64,000 nt of DNA from Escherichia coli (lineage in GTDB: Bacteria > Pseudomonadota > Gammaproteobacteria > Enterobacterales > Enterobacteriaceae): NCBI RefSeq assembly GCF_041248615.1, contig NZ_CP158426.1, one strand, 5' to 3'. The position numbers were made by a program, and so were the translations under genes. Below, in pieces: positions 21,239 through 31,356 of the stretch (positions are counted from its first letter, which is position 1; each line of letters opens with the position of its first letter). Under the pieces are notes generated by a model. That model did no database searches and had not been told where the DNA came from. It saw only the letters and a list, made by a program, of their open reading frames with translations.

Positions 21239-22126
21239 TTAAATTCTCAATGTATCGATAACCGCTCGTAGGGCGGGTGACACATTGCGGTGCGGATAAT
21301 AGATATATGAACCCTCCAGGCGTTGGCTGTAGCATTGCAAAACTCTGATTAGCGCCCCCTGTTCTATATCATCAGACACTAATTCCTCCGGAACATAAGC
21401 CAGCCCCAGACCTAGCCTTGCGGCTTTGGCTTCCATATAACTGTCAGCAAAGGCCCATTGTCCCTGAGGCTGATGGGTGATCTTTTTACCGTCCTGATTG
21501 AGTTCCCAGGCATACAGACTGCCGTCGCCGAACTGGTAAGCGATGCAGGGATGACCTACTAAATCGGTGGGGGTTTGTGGAAATCCGTAGCGCTGAAAGT
21601 GCCCGGGCGTGCCGACAACAGCCATCTCCATATCGGGCGAAATGCGCACCGCAACCATACCGCTATCCACTTCCGAGCCCAGACGTATACCGGCATCGAA
21701 GCGCTCAGTAATAATATCGACAAACCGGCTTTCGCTGATGAGCTCCAGCCGAATATCCGGGTATCGTTGTTTAAACACCGCCAGCTTCGGCAGCAGCACT
21801 TTATCAATGGCGTGCTGGCTCGCATTAATTCGGACCGTACCCGATGGTGTATGGCGATAATGGGCCAGCGTGGCAAGCCCCATATCTAAGGCGTCAAATC
21901 CAGATTCGACGTTTCGATAGAGTAACTCGCCGGCATGGGTGAGCGATAACTTGCGCGTGGTGCGTACCAGAAGCTGCACGCCCAGTCGCTCTTCCAGCTC
22001 GCGCACTGCACGGCTAATTCCTGACTGCGCCAGGCCAAGCCTCTGCGCGGCGGCGGTAAAACTCCCTTCTCGCACGACCTGCATAAACAGATAGAGATCG
22101 TTATAGTTTTCCCGTTTCGCCATCAT
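21239..22126 (-). CDS. LysR-family transcriptional regulator
   Basis: N-terminal HTH (FTAAAQRLGLAQSGISRAVRELE) and LysR substrate-binding domain; divergent from the hydrolase/MFS pair. Confidence 0.85.
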   Translation of the reverse strand: MMAKRENYNDLYLFMQVVREGSFTAAAQRLGLAQSGISRAVRELEERLGVQLLVRTTRKLSLTHAGELLYRNVESGFDALDMGLATLAHYRHTPSGTVRINASQHAIDKVLLPKLAVFKQRYPDIRLELISESRFVDIITERFDAGIRLGSEVDSGMVAVRISPDMEMAVVGTPGHFQRYGFPQTPTDLVGHPCIAYQFGDGSLYAWELNQDGKKITHQPQGQWAFADSYMEAKAARLGLGLAYVPEELVSDDIEQGALIRVLQCYSQRLEGSYIYYPHRNVSPALRAVIDTLRI

Positions 22127-22293
22127 CCTTCCCCTGCTGCATCACAATTCAGAACAATATGTTATTAATCTTAGCATTTTTTACCCTCTAATTAGCACTA
22201 TTAATGCTAACTATAATGTGCGCGTTGCAACAAAGCACAGCAGTGTTATCCGTATGAAACCAGTATCTGGCACATTTTATGAGGGGGATTTTG

Positions 22294-23430
22294 ATGACTG
22301 CTTTCACCCAAAAATTGACAGCCGCGATATCCACCATGCTGTTATGCGTATCATTAAGTGGAGTCACAAATATGAGTTACGCTGATACAACCAATCCGAA
22401 CGCGCCCGTTTCGCAGGTCGAGAAATGGGATAAAACTTTTGCTGAGAGCACGAAAGTTGATCACCGTAAGGTGACCTTTCCGAACCGGTACGGGATCACC
22501 TTAGTCGGGGATCTCTATATACCGAAGGATCGTGGCGATCGCAAGATGGCAGCAATTGCTGTTAGTGGCCCCTTCGGGGCGGTGAAAGAGCAATCCAGTG
22601 GCCTGTATGCGCAGACGCTGGCTGAACGGGGGTTTGTCACTCTGGCTTTTGACCCTTCATACACGGGGGAAAGCGGCGGCTACCCGCGAAACGTCGCATC
22701 TCCGGATATCAACACCGAGGATTTCAGCGCGGCGGTTGATTTCTTAGGCCTGCAAAAAGAGGTGGATCGCAACCGTATCGGGTTGCTCGGCATCTGCGGA
22801 TGGGGTGGCATGGCCTTAAACGACGCCGCGATGGACACACGTGTCAAGGCGGTGGCGAGCAGCGTGATGTATGACATGAGCCGTGCAATGGGGCATGGCG
22901 TGGGCGATGGCAAAGACCGCTATACCACTGCCGATCGTCGTGCCGTATTGCAGTATTTGAACATGCAGCGCTGGAAGGATGCTGAAAATGGCGCTTTCGC
23001 GCCAGGCGGGCATGATATTTACGTTGATGAGAAGGGCAACGTCACCGCTTCCGATCGTATTTTACCGGAAACTTTGCCAGCGAATTCTAATCCGGTATTG
23101 AAAGAGTTCTTTGATTATTACCGCATGCCGCGTGGTTTCCATGCGCGTTCGGTCAACTCAACCAGTGCCTGGAATGCAACCATGCCGCTGTCATTTATGA
23201 ATATGCCGCTGCTGAGTTACGCTAATGAAGTTACTATCCCTACACTCATCGTGACCGGTGAAAAAGCCCATTCACGCTATTTTGCTGAAGATGCCTTTAA
23301 GGCAATCGGCAGCAAAGAGAAAGAGTTAGTGATTGTCCCCGAGGCAAACCATGTTGATCTGTACGACAACGTTGCGGGTAAGATCCCATTTGCCAAATTT
23401 GAGCAATTTTTCAAGGCAAACTTAAGATAA
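22294..23430 (+). CDS. secreted alpha/beta-hydrolase-fold protein
   Basis: Signal-peptide-like N-terminus and hydrolase-like core; start chosen at ATG preceded by GAGGGGG SD, alternative at 22279. Confidence 0.65.
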   Translation: MTAFTQKLTAAISTMLLCVSLSGVTNMSYADTTNPNAPVSQVEKWDKTFAESTKVDHRKVTFPNRYGITLVGDLYIPKDRGDRKMAAIAVSGPFGAVKEQSSGLYAQTLAERGFVTLAFDPSYTGESGGYPRNVASPDINTEDFSAAVDFLGLQKEVDRNRIGLLGICGWGGMALNDAAMDTRVKAVASSVMYDMSRAMGHGVGDGKDRYTTADRRAVLQYLNMQRWKDAENGAFAPGGHDIYVDEKGNVTASDRILPETLPANSNPVLKEFFDYYRMPRGFHARSVNSTSAWNATMPLSFMNMPLLSYANEVTIPTLIVTGEKAHSRYFAEDAFKAIGSKEKELVIVPEANHVDLYDNVAGKIPFAKFEQFFKANLR

Positions 23431-23606
23431 CCCGAAAGGTTTACCAGGCCACCTGTCGTAAACGGGTGGCTTTTAACTGCCTGGTGTGATGCAGAATATG
23501 CCGCATCTCCCTATATTCTCACCCAACTATTATGTCGTTATTCCCTGAATAACTTCTGACCCGATTGCGCTTGAATCTGGCTGGTTCGATATTAAGGGGG
23601 CTAATA

Positions 23607-24800
23607 ATGTCCACTGTAAGTCTCAAACAATTATACGGAAAAACGCATGCATACTGGAGCGGCGTATTCGCCATGACGCTTTGCGTGTTTGTGCTGATCG
23701 CTTCTGAGTTTATGCCAGTCAGCCTGCTTACGCTCATTGCCCATGATTTGCACGTTACCGAAGGGCTGGCAGGGCAAGGAATTGCTGTCTCTGGTGCGCT
23801 GGCGGTGCTTACCAGTCTGACTATCTCCCGTATTACCGGAGACCTGAATCGAAAATATCTTCTGCTGGGGCTGACGGCCTTAATGGCCATATCGGGAATA
23901 GTTATCACCATAGCACCTGACTATCCGGTTTATATGCTGGGGAGGGCCCTGATTGGTATCGTCATTGGAGGGTTCTGGTCAATGTCGGCTGCAACCGCCA
24001 TTCGGCTCGTGCCGAAGCAGCATGTCCCCCGCGCACTGGCAATTTTTAACGGCGGAAACGCACTGGCCACCGTTGTGGCAGCGCCACTTGGTAGCTATCT
24101 GGGGACAACCATCGGCTGGCGTGGGGCCTTTTTATGTCTGGTCCCCCTTGCGATAGCTGCGTTCATCTGGCAATGGGTCAGTCTGCCTCCGATGGAAAGT
24201 GATAAAACACAAAAGCTACAGAGATCTGTGCTTCGCCTGTTCAGCGTTGCCATCGTACCAACGGGACTGCTGGCCTGCGGACTCTTCTTTATGGGACAGT
24301 TTGCTTTATTTACCTACGTGCGCCCCTTTCTGGAGAGCGTCACCAGAGTGGGACCTTCTGATCTTTCTCTGATTTTGCTCGCAATAGGTGTAGCAGGTTT
24401 TGTCGGCACAATGATCGTCTCAACATTCCTGAACACCATATTTTATAAGACCTTAATAATGATCCCGTTGCTTATGGCAGCGATTACCGGTGCGTTACTG
24501 CTGGTCGGACACCATATCTGGGCTGTTGCCGTTTTACTCAGCCTGTGGGGGCTACTTGCGACAGCTGCGCCAACGGGGTGGTGGACATGGATAGCACGCG
24601 CGTTACCCGAAGATGCAGAGACGGGGGGAGGCCTCATGGTTGCAGTGATTCAGTTATCTATTGCACTTGGTTCAACGGCTGGAGGTCTGGTATTCGACAG
24701 TCTGGGATGGAGAAGTGCTTTTGGTTTAAGTGGTTTGTTACTTCTGGGAGCGGTAGCGATGACATGTGCCACATCCCGTCAAAACAGGAAGGCGCAGTAG
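23607..24800 (+). CDS. MFS transporter
   Basis: About 12 predicted hydrophobic segments; start at ATG preceded by AAGGGGG SD. Confidence 0.8.
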   Translation: MSTVSLKQLYGKTHAYWSGVFAMTLCVFVLIASEFMPVSLLTLIAHDLHVTEGLAGQGIAVSGALAVLTSLTISRITGDLNRKYLLLGLTALMAISGIVITIAPDYPVYMLGRALIGIVIGGFWSMSAATAIRLVPKQHVPRALAIFNGGNALATVVAAPLGSYLGTTIGWRGAFLCLVPLAIAAFIWQWVSLPPMESDKTQKLQRSVLRLFSVAIVPTGLLACGLFFMGQFALFTYVRPFLESVTRVGPSDLSLILLAIGVAGFVGTMIVSTFLNTIFYKTLIMIPLLMAAITGALLLVGHHIWAVAVLLSLWGLLATAAPTGWWTWIARALPEDAETGGGLMVAVIQLSIALGSTAGGLVFDSLGWRSAFGLSGLLLLGAVAMTCATSRQNRKAQ

Positions 24801-26559
24801 CGCAATCCTTTTATTTCTGGCGTACGCTCTTTAAGGCATCCGGCTGAGAGGCTAATGATCACTCCTCGCTCACAACGGACCTTCAGCTCAGCCGCTCCGG
24901 CCGCTTCATGCCATGAATGTACGCAGCCAGTCAGAATATTAAGGTGCGGATTTCAGTTCACTTGTCAGCCCAGTGATACAGGACAGTAATGACCAACAAT
25001 TTGGTATTGATACAACAAGTTGCGGCCCCGGTTCGTGGGGGAGATGAAACGACGGTAGCTGAAGTTACTGAAATGAAGAATTCAGAGAGACTGAATGATA
25101 TGCCTCACCTTTAGTGAATAGTGTAAAAACGGGAGACTCTCACCCGAGATTATCCACTCATGCTCAATGTATAATTTTCGTGCCCCTCACAGGTAAGAGC
25201 CGGATGCATTCGTTGTGTACGTTGCAGAATTGGTAACCGGGGACCCTGCAGTCTTTAACTCCGAGTCTTGTGCTGCTCATTTGCCACAAAATCCTGGTAC
25301 GCCAGCTCAATCATTTCATTCAACAGTTTTTTTGGGGGGCACCACGACTTCGGGCAATACTTTCAGGCTGTTTGTGGATTTTTCCGGACAGTTTCAGCGG
25401 AACGGAACCATCAGCACGTTCATCACGCCTTTTTTGTTGCTCCCGGGCACTTTTCAGTTCATCCACAATATAGCTGCTCTTCTCGCATTTTTGCCGATTT
25501 TAAAAATGCGAACAAAACATCCGTACATGATGTACAGATTAAACTGCCAGGGACTGGTGTCAGAAAGCCTCCGGTTAGCCTGCTCTTTCCGGAATGTGCC
25601 GGTTATGAAAAACCGGAAATTCAGTCTCTGTTGTAAGATGTACCCTCTGATACTACGTTTTCGTTTTCTCTGTGTATTTAACTCACTGTATTTATTGTCT
25701 TTTTAAGCCTGACTGATATTCTCCGGTCATAGTGTGCCGGATAGACATCCCGTAACCTTCTCATTTTTATATAAAAATACCTGCACTGTCTTCAGCGCAT
25801 CTGTCTCCTTTAAGTAAAAAATGTTTTCACGTATTGCTGTAAATTCATTTTAAATCAGTATGTTATCCTGATATTGCTGTCTCCTGGTTTGATGCGTAAT
25901 CGTTCTGCCTTTCTGGATGATTCTGGTGCTTCCGGGTGCATTCTCCTCTGCACATGCAACAGTTCGTCATCGCCACGTGCCCAAAAAGCATATAAAAACG
26001 AATCGAATCTGATCGTTTTTTCAATCGTTTTTCACAGGAATTTCGTAGGGTGTTCTCCGCTATAGCCTCCATATTTGCTGTCTTTTTCTTCATAAATCGT
26101 ATGCAATATAACCAGTCTGTCAAGACATCTTCCCTGCTGTTGAGGTGACGATCTCATTTCTGGTCTTTTCCGGGAGAGAGACGGTCAGATGAGCGAGCCG
26201 GATTTACTGCCAGAGGTACTCCCCGCGGCAGAAAATAGTGCTCCTGTTTCCGCAATCCGGGATCGGCAACGTCCCATGGTTAATGCCACTTGCAGCGTCA
26301 GGCACTGCAGGTTTACGTCGTGATCTGATTTCTTCTGCACTTATCCCGATCACGGAAGTTCCCCCTGCGCAGACATCGGTTCCTGCCGACATCTCACAAT
26401 ACCGCCAGGCTGTCATGCAGTAACACCCGCAATGCGGTCTGCGGTTTTAAGCGCACTCTCCTGTTTTCAGTGCACCGATAAGCGTTATAGAAAGTCTGGG
26501 GTGAGTTACTGAATGTCTGTTAAGTGGTGCCGTGGGTGGAGACTGCTTACTTTTCCACA

Positions 26560-27260
26560 GCAACTGCAGTCATTCAGGATGCTCAGGAGAGAATATGTCA
26601 ACGCCACGAGCCGGGCCATTTTCATGCCAGCCAGTATATTTTCTACACTGATGCAGTCTGATTTTCACCATTCCATCCTCACTGATTGTCGTGTTGTTTT
26701 GGGTCATCACCACAGCTTTCCGTTTCTCTTTTAATCGGTAACGCTCTCCTTTGATATTCAGCGTGGTTGAGTGATGCAGCAGTCAATCCAGGAGCGCTGT
26801 TGTCCGGCAACCACCATATCAACTTCTTCCCGGCGTGCCGGCGCTGGTATCCAGGCCGGGTTTCGAAGCGAAGCGTTCCTGACGGACTCATTGACATCCG
26901 GGCCGGATGTAGTCATGCAGCATGGAACGTCCGCCCGTATACACTGACGGCGTCCGGCCGTGTACAGAGATCGGTAAAATTCGTTACTACAACTGTTCCT
27001 GAATATCTGACGAAGAAACATTCAGCAATAACATCCGGCCGTGTACATCTCTTTTGCGGTGCAGGGAGCACTGTCGCCATGTACTTATTGTCACCAGGGT
27101 GAGGCATGTACCGCAGCATGCCAGCTCAGCAATGACAGGATGCCCTTAAGACATCCGTCATGGCTCAGTATGATGACGACGAACACGCTCTGCAGGTGAG
27201 CATGCAGGGCCGGGGGTATCATCATTTCCGTATTTTGCCGCACCTTCCGGAAACAACCGG
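26560..27260 (-). pseudogene. decayed coding region with frameshifts downstream of the 205-aa gene
   Basis: Several short minus-strand ORFs in different frames read like pieces of one protein (e.g. ...LNIKGERYRLKEKRKAVVMTQNNTTISEDGMVKIRLHQCRKYTGWHENGPARGVDIFSPEHPE*); no intact ORF. Confidence 0.3.
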
Positions 27261-27262
27261 CA

Positions 27263-27880
27263 TCAGTTACGGTTACCGTCAACCGTTGTGCGGTATGCCA
27301 GGAGCACGTACTGATCCATCAGATCCGTCAGTGCTGCGTTCTGCTTCTGACGGTCGATGATCCATTCCCCCAGCTCTTTTTCTGATTTCCGTTTCAGGTT
27401 CTCCGTCCAGTCGTCAAGGCTGTTTCCGGTCATTAAATCAAGCCAGCAAAGCCAGACCAGTTTGAGGCGCAACTCCGTGCCACCAAACTGACGGAAGAGG
27501 CTGATCAGTTTATTTGCCAGAGAACGCTGCCTCAGACGTTCACATTCAGACAGCAGAATCCCTTCCAGCATCGGATGATGAACCAGCAGATGTTCGCTGG
27601 TGCATAAGTTCACCACCAGATCATCATCCAGGGGCGGCGTGGCCCGTTTGTCAGAGCCATAAATCAGCCGGTGCAGACTCCGGGGTACGATGGCAATCTT
27701 CGGTTTTTCACCATTGAATGACACCCACCCGGGCGTCAGATTATGGAAGTAGTGGATATTCGGATGACACACGCCCCAGGATACGGCGTGCCGGGTGAAG
27801 CCGGTCAGCCATTTCTGGTAGCTTTCGTGGAGCAGCTCGTAACGGGTCTGATACTGTGGTTTCATTTTCATATTCCTCAC
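27263..27880 (-). CDS. hypothetical protein downstream of alpA
   Basis: 205-aa ORF co-directional with and 79 bp downstream of alpA; no family recognised. Confidence 0.55.
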   Translation of the reverse strand: MRNMKMKPQYQTRYELLHESYQKWLTGFTRHAVSWGVCHPNIHYFHNLTPGWVSFNGEKPKIAIVPRSLHRLIYGSDKRATPPLDDDLVVNLCTSEHLLVHHPMLEGILLSECERLRQRSLANKLISLFRQFGGTELRLKLVWLCWLDLMTGNSLDDWTENLKRKSEKELGEWIIDRQKQNAALTDLMDQYVLLAYRTTVDGNRN

Positions 27881-27958
27881 GGGGGATAACAGGCAGCAGA
27901 GTGCCGCCGGCAGGCCGGAGATTGCGTCTGCTGTGGGCGAAGGGCCAGTGGTTAAAAA

Positions 27959-28165
27959 TTACGGACGGGACTGTGCAATACGCGCCTGCAGCCAGGCTTC
28001 CACTTCACTTTTCAGCCAGCGGGAGCTGCGGCCGAGTTTGATGGGAGCCGGAAAGGCCCCATCCTTGATGAGCTTGTAAAACCACTTATCGGTCAGGCCG
28101 GTCAGCTGAGTGATAAACGTCATATCGACCATCTGGTCATCCATCAGCGAAACTGGGGTGGTCAT
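27959..28165 (-). CDS. alpA: AlpA-family phage transcriptional regulator (MerR-like HTH)
   Basis: 68-aa ORF; ...MTFITQLTGLTDKWFYKLIKDGAFPAPIKLGRSSRWLKSEVEAWL is the AlpA/Prophage_CP4-57_regulator pattern. Confidence 0.7.
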   Translation of the reverse strand: MTTPVSLMDDQMVDMTFITQLTGLTDKWFYKLIKDGAFPAPIKLGRSSRWLKSEVEAWLQARIAQSRP

Positions 28166-28548
28166 AAAAATCTTCTCCGGATGTTGTTAATCTCAGCCGG
28201 CGTTGATGATGAAAACAACGCACCACCTTCACCGGCATAACAACCGGGGAGAAACGTAAAAAATCAGTAGGGGAATATTCCTGCCAGGAGAGAAACTGTT
28301 GTGTACAGGCAATACAGGTTGTCTGTTTTGTCAGTGAAGCCGGTATAAACGGAAGATGATTTTGTGTTGCCGGAATATGGGATGGCGTTTTGCCGTGACA
28401 GGATCAGTATTTTCAGTGATGATTATTACTGTGCAGGGGAGTACCGGAGATAAACCACGCCCTGTACCTGCCAGAGCGGAGGTTTGTATTGACTGAACGG
28501 AAGATAAAGCGAGGTAAACACTGTTGCGGTGAGCGGAGAAGACTGAGA

Positions 28549-29340
28549 TTATTCTCTGTAATTACAAACAACAGTGATCTGATCCGGTTTTTTTACCGTT
28601 ACGGGTTTCCGGGGATCAATTTTATAGACCGGGGTAATGACCACGCCGGAATTTATGGAGAAAAGCGGGATCCAGCAATAAACGTCCGGATATTTCTGTG
28701 TCTCCGGAATACCTTTTGTGCCAGAGGCCATCAGATCTTTAACGCTCACGAAAAATGACTTCCGCAGATCAAAAAAGTACTCGTTATATATCACATCCTT
28801 TGCCAGCAGGATGACTGCATTACCAACAGCCGATTTTACAGGTGTTTCATCAGGTGGATTATCGTGATTGTATATTGTTCTTTCTATATAAATAAAACAG
28901 GCATATTTCGTCTTCTCCCCGGATAGTTGCATCTGGTATTCGCAAATGTCTTTGATATACCGACTTTCAACCCTTCCAATCATCTTATCCCGGCGATAGT
29001 GTCTTTTATGTTTCAGCGCGTACAGAACACCATTTGAACTGTCAAACTCCAGGACACTTCTGGTGAAAAGTTTGTTTTCCCAGATCTCCAGACAATACTT
29101 CTCTGCACTGACGACATTGCGTTTGTGGGGAAGATTCCGTTGATACACTCCATTTAATAAGCGTGACTGCAGTTCGCCTGCAAGTTGATAGTAACAGTTA
29201 ATGTCATTAAGGACAGGTGCTGTGGCGTTGAGTAATGTGTTGATTACCTTAGAGCGCGAAAGTTTGTGGGTATGACAGTACTCATCCACAATTCGCAGTG
29301 TCTCATCACTGGTCATATTGAAAGTTATACGTGTTGTCAT
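28549..29340 (-). CDS. hypothetical protein: N-terminal ribbon-helix-helix-like segment fused to a domain of unknown function
   Basis: 263-aa ORF in AT-rich DNA; N-terminus MTTRITFNMTSDETLRIVDEYCHTHKLSRSKVINTLL has a strand-helix-helix pattern; first gene of a co-directional string (263-aa gene, alpA, 205-aa gene). Confidence 0.55.
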   Translation of the reverse strand: MTTRITFNMTSDETLRIVDEYCHTHKLSRSKVINTLLNATAPVLNDINCYYQLAGELQSRLLNGVYQRNLPHKRNVVSAEKYCLEIWENKLFTRSVLEFDSSNGVLYALKHKRHYRRDKMIGRVESRYIKDICEYQMQLSGEKTKYACFIYIERTIYNHDNPPDETPVKSAVGNAVILLAKDVIYNEYFFDLRKSFFVSVKDLMASGTKGIPETQKYPDVYCWIPLFSINSGVVITPVYKIDPRKPVTVKKPDQITVVCNYRE

Positions 29341-29670
29341 GATGAAGTTTTCTGTTAATCATACTGGTTGATATGCATAACATTTCATAAAAAATACTGT
29401 TAATTCATATAATTGATTTTTTGACTGGTTTTATCCTCGTGTGGTGGAAAGCAGTATTACTGCCACTGTAGTCAGCATAAATCTATCACACAGAACCACC
29501 GAAAATGAAGCATTGCTCAGGGGGAAGCTGCCACTCGTATGAGTTCTCTGAACCATGATAACCAGTATTTTTCGTTTTGGGTGATTTGTTTATCGTTACA
29601 GCTACATACAGTTCATGTACCATTAAAAAATAATAAAGGTTAATTAGTATTATTTATAGAAGTATGTTTA

Positions 29671-29748
29671 TGTAATTCTACCGTGTAAATGAACCCTGTA
29701 ATTCTACCTTGTAAATACACCTTGTAACCAAGTCCTGTAGAAGTCTGT
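29671..29748. repeat. six tandem 13-bp iteron-like direct repeats (consensus TGTAAnTnnACCy)
   Basis: tgtaattctaccg / tgtaaatgaaccc / tgtaattctacct / tgtaaatacacct / tgtaaccaagtcc / tgtagaagtctgtc; tgtaattctacc occurs twice exactly. Confidence 0.5.
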
Positions 29749-30722
29749 CTCATAGAAGTATCTGTGCAGTGATATTCTCTGTAGTAGTACTTGTAACTCT
29801 GTTCTTAACTCTCTCTTCAGTAATGTAGTCCCGCAACACCTGAATATAAATCTGTAATGTTCACACACTGACTGTAACGTGCTTTGTTAAGTAATGTCTG
29901 CTATTTTTTTTCTGTTATTTTTCCTGTTGTTTTCTGTATTTTGTTGTATGGTGTAATAACTATTCTGAACCCGTCATCACCTTTATAGCTAAGAGTATGA
30001 CTTCGCCAGTGTTGATACTGTGGATAACGGTGATTAAGGAATTACTGTTAATGATCTGTTCCTGCAGCTCACCTGATGAGTTTTGGTAGTAATACGTAAA
30101 AGAGTATGCCTCATGTCATTAAAAAGTCTTCCGGAGTGTTGTTTAACCCTGTACCTCTGTTACTCATGTAGTACGTTGCGGAAAGCTACGTTAATTGTAA
30201 TATCTGGTTATGGCGTTATGCCTTCAGTATTAAAAACATCTTTTACCGGAGAAACTGGGAAGTGGAAAGGCTTTCGGGATAACGTCAGGCCATTATGACG
30301 ATATTACGTTAATCACAGTACAAGATAACGAGAGGGTAATGGAATTTTAAACCAGAGTAGTTCCACTGTTGTTCACTGGAAAAAGTGATTTCCCACGCGC
30401 GTTATAAGCTTACTCCAGAGGAGATGGAAGCCTTCAACTCTGCGGTCGATCACCGGCTGGCAGAACTGACCATGAACAAACTTTACGATCGTGTTCCCGC
30501 TTCAGTCTGGAAATATGTTACCTGATAAATGTTTCTGATGAAGTACAGTCGTCACAATGACATCACTTCAGATATTATCTGCGCTGTGATTGACTGTCAC
30601 GTATGCCGTTCTCTGTATGGTTCTGATACCCGGGTGTGGTCCCACTTTCTCTGTGGCGCCCGGGGAGTTGTGAACCTGCACGTCTTCGTGTGATAACGTT
30701 TTCTTCAAAAATTACGCCAGCG

Positions 30723-30754
30723 CTTCTTCCTGTGTTACAGAACACGAGGAAGAA
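30723..30754 (+). promoter_or_regulatory. hairpin sequestering the ribosome-binding site of the 30757 gene
   Basis: cttcttcctgtgtt-acag-aacacgaggaagaa: about 13-bp stem with one bulge; the right arm contains the GGAAG SD ending 3 nt before the ATG at 30757. Confidence 0.4.
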
Positions 30755-30756
30755 AC

Positions 30757-31356
30757 ATGAAGACTTACAACACCAATCCCGGTTACGAAATGGATCCCCA
30801 GCTCCTGACACACTTTAACCAGCATCTGGATTCATTATTCGGGGTATATTCGAAACTGTTACCGTTCAGAATGGATTTTGCTTACCGAAAAAACACCCTC
30901 AGCTACAGATGTGCCTGCAGGTACGCCATGTGCGCGGAGATACTGCGACTGATTAACGAAGTGGGAGAGAAACTGGTCGGGTATGCCTGGGTAATGGAAT
31001 ATACGGAACGTAAAGGGCTTCACATTCATTTTGTGGGCTATCTGAACGGTCAGAGCCACAGGAGTTCGTATCTGGTATCCAGATTGATGGGAGATATCTG
31101 GAGGCGGGTTACCGGGGGGGATGGTTACTACCACTGGTGCCGGTTTAATAAAAATTATCCGGTAAACATTAACCACGTCATTCACTATTCAGATCACAAA
31201 GCGGTGAATGCCTTACGCTATGCCATCAGCTACCTGGCCAAACGAGAACAGAAAGAATGTGGCATCATCCTGAAATGCAGCGGGCTTCCTGAAAAAAGTA
31301 ATCGGGGTCGACCGCGACTGGGCAGCCCCCTGCCGGAGACTTATTCTCTGGTGTAA
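30757..31356 (+). CDS. Gp2-like protein (inovirus Gp2 / YagK-YfjJ family, putative replication-initiator-like)
   Basis: 199-aa ORF; sequence pattern and context (integrase/alpA island) resemble YagK/YfjJ; assignment from memory. Confidence 0.5.
   Translation: MKTYNTNPGYEMDPQLLTHFNQHLDSLFGVYSKLLPFRMDFAYRKNTLSYRCACRYAMCAEILRLINEVGEKLVGYAWVMEYTERKGLHIHFVGYLNGQSHRSSYLVSRLMGDIWRRVTGGDGYYHWCRFNKNYPVNINHVIHYSDHKAVNALRYAISYLAKREQKECGIILKCSGLPEKSNRGRPRLGSPLPETYSLV

Noticed and set aside
30083-30298. 71-aa plus-strand ORF inside the AT-rich non-coding region
   Set aside because: Cys/Leu-rich, no ribosome-binding site context, lies in a region better explained as regulatory; kept only as part of the non-coding region finding.
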